From positions 1 to 24,176 of IMG/VR virus record IMGVR_UViG_3300031565_004358: a stretch of 24,176 nt of DNA. The stretch is one strand, 5' to 3'. The DNA is from a virus (lineage: Duplodnaviria; Caudoviricetes). This document shows, piece after piece, positions 9,097 through 14,951 of the stretch; the stretch's first letter is position 1; every line of letters starts with the position of its first letter. Made by a program: the position numbers and the translations under genes. The notes under the pieces were generated by a model. The model searched no databases. It saw nothing but the letters and a program-made list of their open reading frames with translations, and was not told the DNA's origin.

Positions 9097-10814
9097 TAGA
9101 AATCTTTCAAATTAAATTCTATATTATCATGCGTATTATGATGATAGCACATGTGTTTTTGGGTAGTAATATGAGGGTTGAACACAATATCAAATAATCC
9201 TTTCGAATCTCCATGACCTTCCATATCAATGCATCTTTCAAAGATAGGATGGAAAGGTAAGGTTTTATGTACCGCTGGATGGCCTTCTATAATAGATAAT
9301 AATTTGGGGTCAGTAGCAAAATAAATATTATGATTTGGGTGCTGTTTTTTTATATTTGATAATAGAGAATTGCAAAATAAAACGTCAGCATAACTCTGCG
9401 GGATAGCTATCAATAGTCTCCTACCATCGTCGTCCTTGTCGAGAAAATCTTCTACCTTCATAAGTTTACCTTCTTTATTCTCGGCGGCTGGTTCTTGAAA
9501 AACTTTATCATCAACATAAGGCATCTCATCTAAGATGAGTTCGAGCTGCCGTCCAACCGCATCGACAGAGTAATGGTCGATGACGTACTGACGAGCGTGT
9601 TTCCCCATAGATCGCCGTTTAGAGGGGGACATATTAAACACCTTTTTAAGTTGTCTTGCGATTCCAGACGCGTAGGTGGAAGCTTTAATAAATTGAGTTC
9701 CTGGTTCCCAGTATTCAGACCAATCAAGCGGGAATCCTCCACTCTCGGCAGTGCAATGCTCTTCGCCGCACGAATAATTTGTAACAAGAGTAATAAGTTC
9801 GCACAATTTAGCTTCTTGGATCGGTATCTCTTGTCCTCCGCTAGTAAATGGATGGCAATATACATCCATAAGATTATAGATTTCATTAAGTTGTTCATCG
9901 CTCACTCCCATTTGAATGTTTGTGGTATTCTGGCTTTTCTCGGAGCGACAAAAACGACAGTTTTGTTCTTGCCCGTTAAACGGTTTAATCTCGTATTGAC
10001 CACAATTTTTGCAAAAATAAGTAGTTAATACGTCATTAGGGTTAATCTCTATTTCTTTAATAAGCCGTGGAATATCCCAGCCTTCTCCCCAATGGGTGTG
10101 TAATAATAATTTTGCGTGGCTATCTGGCTGTTCTTTTTTAAATTGCTTAAAGCCTCTTAGTAAATTAGGAACAGTCTTGCGCAACTGATTGCGAAAGACA
10201 AAGCCTATAATAAATTCATTTTTAAGATTAAACCTCTTACGAAGCTCGGTTTTTTCACGCGGAGTAATAGCATGGTATTGGTCGGGGTCAATAGTCCCGT
10301 GAAGAGTCTTGACGTTATTATAACCAGCCTTATTCATCTCTCGCTCCGCAAACGAGGCCCAGACATAAAAGTGTTCAGTGTTCTTGGCTCCTTTGAAAGC
10401 GTCAGGCAATATAGGTAAGCTATCTAATGTCGTCCAAATCATAGGGGTTATTTTTTTCCACCACGATCTTTCCCAGAACATTAGTCCCCAGATATCTTCA
10501 ATACCAATATAAACGTCTGGTTTTATTTCTTGAATAGCATGATCAATATAATAATAACCATAAGAGTTCTGTCTCTTAGCGTTTTCGTCGTTCATTATCT
10601 GGTTTAGAGCCCCTTGATCGCAGGGAGAACTACCGTAACACTCCCATGGCATACGTTTTAAATGCGGATCGTTCCACAAACGCCCATTGGCCAGTTCAAT
10701 AACTTCATACTTACCAGTGTCATAAAGGTAGCGAAGTATATTTTTTTTATGTTTACCAAAGCCAGTGAACGCCCGACAAAAATTAGAATGAATTAGTATT
10801 CTTTTCTTTCTCAT
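9096..10814 (-). CDS. GT-B family 4 glycosyltransferase with an inserted Zn ribbon and a C-terminal GT9 N-lobe
   Basis: GT4 features: RILIHSN...TGFG, PDVYI, FIIGFVFRNQLRK, LNEIYNLMDVYCHPFTSGGQEIPIQEA..C...LVTNYS. Insertion: CKNC-x14-CRFC. The C-terminal ~110 aa, RRLLIAIPQSYADVLFCNSLLSNIKKQHPNHNIYFATDP..LSIIEGHPAV, is the WaaC/WaaF-type N-lobe. Confidence 0.85.
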   Translation of the reverse strand: MRKKRILIHSNFCRAFTGFGKHKKNILRYLYDTGKYEVIELANGRLWNDPHLKRMPWECYGSSPCDQGALNQIMNDENAKRQNSYGYYYIDHAIQEIKPDVYIGIEDIWGLMFWERSWWKKITPMIWTTLDSLPILPDAFKGAKNTEHFYVWASFAEREMNKAGYNNVKTLHGTIDPDQYHAITPREKTELRKRFNLKNEFIIGFVFRNQLRKTVPNLLRGFKQFKKEQPDSHAKLLLHTHWGEGWDIPRLIKEIEINPNDVLTTYFCKNCGQYEIKPFNGQEQNCRFCRSEKSQNTTNIQMGVSDEQLNEIYNLMDVYCHPFTSGGQEIPIQEAKLCELITLVTNYSCGEEHCTAESGGFPLDWSEYWEPGTQFIKASTYASGIARQLKKVFNMSPSKRRSMGKHARQYVIDHYSVDAVGRQLELILDEMPYVDDKVFQEPAAENKEGKLMKVEDFLDKDDDGRRLLIAIPQSYADVLFCNSLLSNIKKQHPNHNIYFATDPKLLSIIEGHPAVHKTLPFHPIFERCIDMEGHGDSKGLFDIVFNPHITTQKHMCYHHNTHDNIEFNLKDF

Positions 10815-11280
10815 AGACTTCAGCTTTAGACATTAAAATAATAGCATGTTGACAAAAAACCCATAGCACCGTGGCTTCGCTTAAATCTAAACTCACAGAA
10901 TATTTTTCTTTATTTTTAGAAACATTTATATTTAAGACTTTGACGGTTGTGTCCTTACCTTTATAGCTTTTAGTATATTCGCTTTGTTTAAAAGAGATGC
11001 TGGTAGCAACCTTGTCAAACATATGAACCGTTGAAAACTCTTCTTTGTATAAAATGGAGCGAATGATGCTCCCAAGCTCTACCATGTTAAATTTAATAGC
11101 TATTTTATTTGAAGGATCGTCAGACTTAAATGACCCCAGTCTTTTATCAGAGTCCCAAGAAACTTGACGGACTATATTCATATAAAAGTCTTCTTCATTA
11201 TTAATACTGTTACGGACGGAAAAACTAGCCGCAGCACCAGTATTACGTGGATTTGGTTTATAAAAAGATATCTTTTTCAT
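10783..11280 (-). CDS. Whirly/PC4-fold single-stranded nucleic-acid-binding protein (candidate phage SSB)
   Basis: Duplicated beta-beta-beta-beta-alpha pattern. FYKP..TGAAASF, KIAIKFNMVELGSII, EEFSTVH and LNINVSK..KYSVSLDLSEATVL resemble the plant Whirly segments IYKGKAAL, KQVFSLSVTEIGSII, CEFFH and FNLSVQ..IYIPVTKAEFAVL (recalled, not aligned computationally). Confidence 0.55.
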   Translation of the reverse strand: MKKISFYKPNPRNTGAAASFSVRNSINNEEDFYMNIVRQVSWDSDKRLGSFKSDDPSNKIAIKFNMVELGSIIRSILYKEEFSTVHMFDKVATSISFKQSEYTKSYKGKDTTVKVLNINVSKNKEKYSVSLDLSEATVLWVFCQHAIILMSKAEVYEKEKNTNSF

Positions 11281-12350
11281 CAGTATATGATATGATTTAA
11301 GAAGAAAGTATCAACTGATTTAGAAAACTTTTTATATTTATCTGAATTTAATATCCTATTGCGACAGAATACGTTATATAAATGAGTAGAATCTATAATA
11401 GACCTAGTTGTAAAACTGGGAAAAGCATAAGAGAGTATCTTATTCAATAACTGGGGAACTATCATCGGTTGCCATAATTCCTTAGAAACATAAGATGCAT
11501 ATTTTATTATTTGCTTTTCTTTCCTATGTCCATTAGCAAATACTTCCACAGCTTCGGATAATGAAAGGCCAAGCAAATTAGAATTGATAGCCATATCAAT
11601 AATAGGATCGCCTTCATAGGGAAACATAGGAGGCATAATTCTTAAATAAGGATCGCTAAATACATAATTAACATCTAAGGGGCCAAAACATGGTACAAAT
11701 AAAAACTCTGGAGAATCAGGAAGATTATTTAAAGTCTCTATAAAATCTTCTCGTACAAAATTTAAAAATTCCCCTAACTCTGCAACGCTGATAGGGCTGG
11801 TTTTATTAAATTCTCTTTCAGACCCCAAAGGAATATAATCAGAAATAGTACATAAATTAAAATAGTCCTCATATGCTGGTAATAAAGGCGGCAGCTTAAC
11901 CTCGGAAGTGTCTACTGTTGATAGGGATAGTTGTGCCGCTCCTAAAAACCGCGATAATACTATTTTTTCTTCGGGGTTAAAATCTTTTATTTGATGGGGG
12001 CCATAAGATTGAAATATGGAATAACTGATGTCGTCCATAACTCCTTCTCCAAGGGGAGAGAAAAACATATTTGTGATACCAGACTGTTTTTCACAAAATT
12101 TTGCAAGGGTATCTCCCAAAGACCAAATGTTACGATTAATAGACGTTCGTATTAATAACGAGAGCCCTTTGCAAGCCATGGTAAAGGTAGTGCCAAAAAA
12201 ATCATCTATAATAATATGAGTATAGATATAATCTCTTTCTAAATCGTGCTTAGAAAGAATTGTATGAATAAGATTTAATTCGGCTTCTGATGGGTTTTTT
12301 CTAAGAGATTTATAAAATACTTTATTTGAGAATAAGGAGGCTTTAGGCAT
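11280..12350 (-). CDS. APH/choline-kinase-like fold protein, apparently catalytically degenerate (pseudokinase)
   Basis: VPCFGPLDVNYVF sits at the Brenner motif position (vlcHGDLxxxN), LRIMPPM at the IDxE position, and YEGDPIIDMA matches 'GDP..DlA'. LSRFLGAAQLSLS matches the 'lg..La.lH' helix. Confidence 0.5.
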   Translation of the reverse strand: MPKASLFSNKVFYKSLRKNPSEAELNLIHTILSKHDLERDYIYTHIIIDDFFGTTFTMACKGLSLLIRTSINRNIWSLGDTLAKFCEKQSGITNMFFSPLGEGVMDDISYSIFQSYGPHQIKDFNPEEKIVLSRFLGAAQLSLSTVDTSEVKLPPLLPAYEDYFNLCTISDYIPLGSEREFNKTSPISVAELGEFLNFVREDFIETLNNLPDSPEFLFVPCFGPLDVNYVFSDPYLRIMPPMFPYEGDPIIDMAINSNLLGLSLSEAVEVFANGHRKEKQIIKYASYVSKELWQPMIVPQLLNKILSYAFPSFTTRSIIDSTHLYNVFCRNRILNSDKYKKFSKSVDTFFLNHIIY

Positions 12351-12354
12351 AAAT

Positions 12355-12379
12355 AAAAAAGGGGGTGTTAGACACCCCC
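12355..12379 (-). terminator. Rho-independent (intrinsic) terminator
   Basis: The minus strand reads GGGGGTGT-CTA-ACACCCCC-TTTTTT: a perfect 8-bp GC-rich stem plus U6, 6 nt after the stop of the 63-aa gene. Confidence 0.85.
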
Positions 12380-12385
12380 GTAGTG

Positions 12386-12577
12386 TTAATTCGACAAGGT
12401 TACGCTACCGACGTTTTTCTTTGCCACGGTAACCTCACGGTTATTATTTCTATCCCAAACACGTAGGTAACAAGGTGTTTCTCCACGTAGTTGAGCGTTG
12501 AAGGTGCGACCGTCTTTAGTTGTTAAACCAAAGAATCGTCCCTTGCTTTGTTTGATTAGACTAATTGAACTATTCAT
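12386..12577 (-). CDS. Small basic beta-barrel protein, possibly Sm/Hfq-like
   Basis: 63 aa with an A/C-rich leader, an 8-nt overlap with the Clp gene and a terminator downstream. The pattern helix-GRFFGLTTKDGRTFNAQLRGETPCYLRV...VTVAKKNVGSV resembles the Sm1/Sm2 spacing. Confidence 0.6.
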   Translation of the reverse strand: MNSSISLIKQSKGRFFGLTTKDGRTFNAQLRGETPCYLRVWDRNNNREVTVAKKNVGSVTLSN

Positions 12578-14942
12578 ATGTCTTATTGTTGTTATCTGTA
12601 AATCGTATACTATTATCTAGAAATTCGGCAGAAAGTCCAGACTTTTTTTCAGAAAAGTCGTCAGACTCTATTAATGGTAACAAAATATTCTTTTCAATTA
12701 CAGATTCGCAGTCCCTAGCACCCAAAGATAGGTCGACTTTCGACGCCAAATAATCAATTACCTCATCAGATACGTCAACTACACCAAACAGTTTGCGTTT
12801 TATTATTTCTTTCATATCTTCAACATCAAGATCGCGCAAGGAGATAACTCTTTGCATTCTAGATAAGAATTCGTTAGGGAAACGATTAGAGTCCAAGCTT
12901 ATTTCGCTACTGGCAATATGGCCACCAAATCCAACTTCTGCTTTTTTGGTTTCTACTAAGCTAGTAGTAAAAATTATGTAACAATTGCTGAAATCAATTT
13001 TATACCCCATATTGTCTTCTATAAACCCCTCATCTAGTATGCTTAAAAACATATTGATAACGTCAGGGTGGGCTTTATCCACCTCGTCAATTAATAAAAT
13101 GCTATGTGGATTATGTTTAATCTTTTCAGTTAATACGCCGCCACGATCATACCCAATATAACCAGCGGAAGAGCCGATTAATTTATTAACAGACGTCTTA
13201 TCTTCGTATTGAGACATGTCCACATGAATTAAAGCCGCCTCTCTATTAAAAATAATCTTTGCTAAAGACTTGGCCATTTGAGTCTTACCAACGCCAGAAT
13301 TGCCGACTAATAAAACTGATGATTTAGGTTTATTCCTGTTTCTTAAACCAGATAACGACACAGAGAGGGTCGCAATTAATTTGGTTATAGCCTCATCTTG
13401 ACCTACAAGGTCTTTTTTTAGTGAGTCGTCAAGAAACTCTTGACAACTGACAACGCTGGTATAATCCACTAGAGAATCTGGATATTTCTTTTGGAAAAAT
13501 GCTATAACATCAGTTTTGTCAATTGTTGTTACTGTTGAAGTCATCGACTCCGTCCACTCTTCTGATCTATTACGATATTCGGCTAGCAGAATTTCGCATT
13601 CACCAGCATTTTTTATTGCGTCTTCGTTGAGTAAAGTTTTTATTTGGTCTTCAATGACGGTTAATTCTTCGGGCCTAATAATTGATTTAAGCTTAAAAAG
13701 AGAACCAATTTCATCAAGAAAATCAAACGCTTTATCGGGAAATTTGCGAAGAGGCATATAAATATTAGACAGGCGAACAATTTCAATTATTGCTGGGTCA
13801 GTAAAAAATACAGAATGATATACTTCATAAGGGTCTTTACAATGCCTGATAATTTCTAAAGTTTCTTTTTCTGAAGGTTCGTCTACAAAGATGATTTCAA
13901 AACGTCTACGAAGCGCACCATCACGCTCAATATATTGTTTATATTCCGACGGGGTCGTAGCCCCAATACACGAAATAGTACCTTTGGCTAAGTCTGGTTT
14001 TAACATATTGCCAATATCAGAAGCTCCACCGTTGCTACCTATACCATTAATAGAATGTATTTCATCAATAAATAAAACCTTCTTTTCTTTGGAGTCTTTT
14101 AATTCTCGCATAACCCCTTGAACGCGCTCTTCAATAGCGCCCATTACTTTAGCGCCAGCTACAACTTTTTGAAGATTCAGGGCATATATGTCGCATGGTA
14201 TAATTGCGTGTTCTCCTTGATGGTCTTGATGATTGTTCATTTTCTGCGCCAAAGCTTCAACACACGCGGTTTTTCCTACCCCAGCTTCGCCAACCAATAA
14301 GATATTAGATTTTACTTTACGACATAAGATTCTCATCATTTGGTAAATGATATCGTCCCTGCCAAAATATTTAAAATCCGATTCCTCTACCGCGGTATTT
14401 AAATGGGTTGTGAAATTATCTAAAAATGGATGGTTGACCGCATGGACAGCTTTGAGGTTAACTTTGTTTTGATCTTTTTTTATAATTCTATCTAACGTAT
14501 CAGATAATTGCTTGGGCGACAAATCAATTTCAGTTAACATATCAGCGCATTCTTTACTGCATTTTAAACACGCAAATAATATATGTTCAATCCCTATATA
14601 TGGATGTCCTAATTCGGCTGCAAATATTGGGGCGTGCGTATAAAAAATCTCATTGACATTCTGATCGCACACGGCTCCGCCAACTGGTTGAAGACGATCC
14701 TTATTACTATACAGCTTTCTTGTAAATTCATTAGCTACAAACTCGGGAGTATGTTGGGTTTTACCAGCAATCCCAAATAAAAAATGGATTAACGGATGAT
14801 TAGAACAAATAATAGCAGATAAAATATCAGGAGGAGTAATAGATGTTCTTCCTACAAGTTTGCAGTTTCTCTCGGCTTCTTCTAAGCATTGTTTGGCTCT
14901 TGGAGTATACTGGTGTTCTTTTTGTTTAGGTTGCATTAACAT
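12570..14942 (-). CDS. clpC: ClpA/ClpC-type Hsp100 AAA+ ATPase (two NBDs, Clp-N repeats)
   Basis: Clp-N repeats (YTPRAKQCL..A; LGHPYIGIEHIL). NBD1: GEAGVGKT, LFIDEIH, CIGATT..EY, ALRRRF, PDKAFDFLDE. NBD2: GNSGVGKT, DMSQY, GYIGY, LIDEVDKAHP. ClpP-docking-like VGF loop. The ClpA versus ClpC subtype is uncertain. Confidence 0.92.
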   Translation of the reverse strand: MLMQPKQKEHQYTPRAKQCLEEAERNCKLVGRTSITPPDILSAIICSNHPLIHFLFGIAGKTQHTPEFVANEFTRKLYSNKDRLQPVGGAVCDQNVNEIFYTHAPIFAAELGHPYIGIEHILFACLKCSKECADMLTEIDLSPKQLSDTLDRIIKKDQNKVNLKAVHAVNHPFLDNFTTHLNTAVEESDFKYFGRDDIIYQMMRILCRKVKSNILLVGEAGVGKTACVEALAQKMNNHQDHQGEHAIIPCDIYALNLQKVVAGAKVMGAIEERVQGVMRELKDSKEKKVLFIDEIHSINGIGSNGGASDIGNMLKPDLAKGTISCIGATTPSEYKQYIERDGALRRRFEIIFVDEPSEKETLEIIRHCKDPYEVYHSVFFTDPAIIEIVRLSNIYMPLRKFPDKAFDFLDEIGSLFKLKSIIRPEELTVIEDQIKTLLNEDAIKNAGECEILLAEYRNRSEEWTESMTSTVTTIDKTDVIAFFQKKYPDSLVDYTSVVSCQEFLDDSLKKDLVGQDEAITKLIATLSVSLSGLRNRNKPKSSVLLVGNSGVGKTQMAKSLAKIIFNREAALIHVDMSQYEDKTSVNKLIGSSAGYIGYDRGGVLTEKIKHNPHSILLIDEVDKAHPDVINMFLSILDEGFIEDNMGYKIDFSNCYIIFTTSLVETKKAEVGFGGHIASSEISLDSNRFPNEFLSRMQRVISLRDLDVEDMKEIIKRKLFGVVDVSDEVIDYLASKVDLSLGARDCESVIEKNILLPLIESDDFSEKKSGLSAEFLDNSIRFTDNNNKTYE

Positions 14943-14945
14943 AAT

Positions 14946-14951
14946 TTACAC
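14946..14951 (-). promoter_or_regulatory. GTGTAA start-proximal motif (copy 1, before the clp ATG)
   Basis: TAGTGTAAATTATG; the same hexamer abuts the starts at 18865 and 19939. Confidence 0.35.

Noticed and set aside
9090-9120. -1 frameshift joining GT4-GT9N to GT9C
   Set aside because: The -1 frame is open for only 5 codons before the ATG and lacks a canonical slippery heptamer. It cannot be fully excluded without proteomics.
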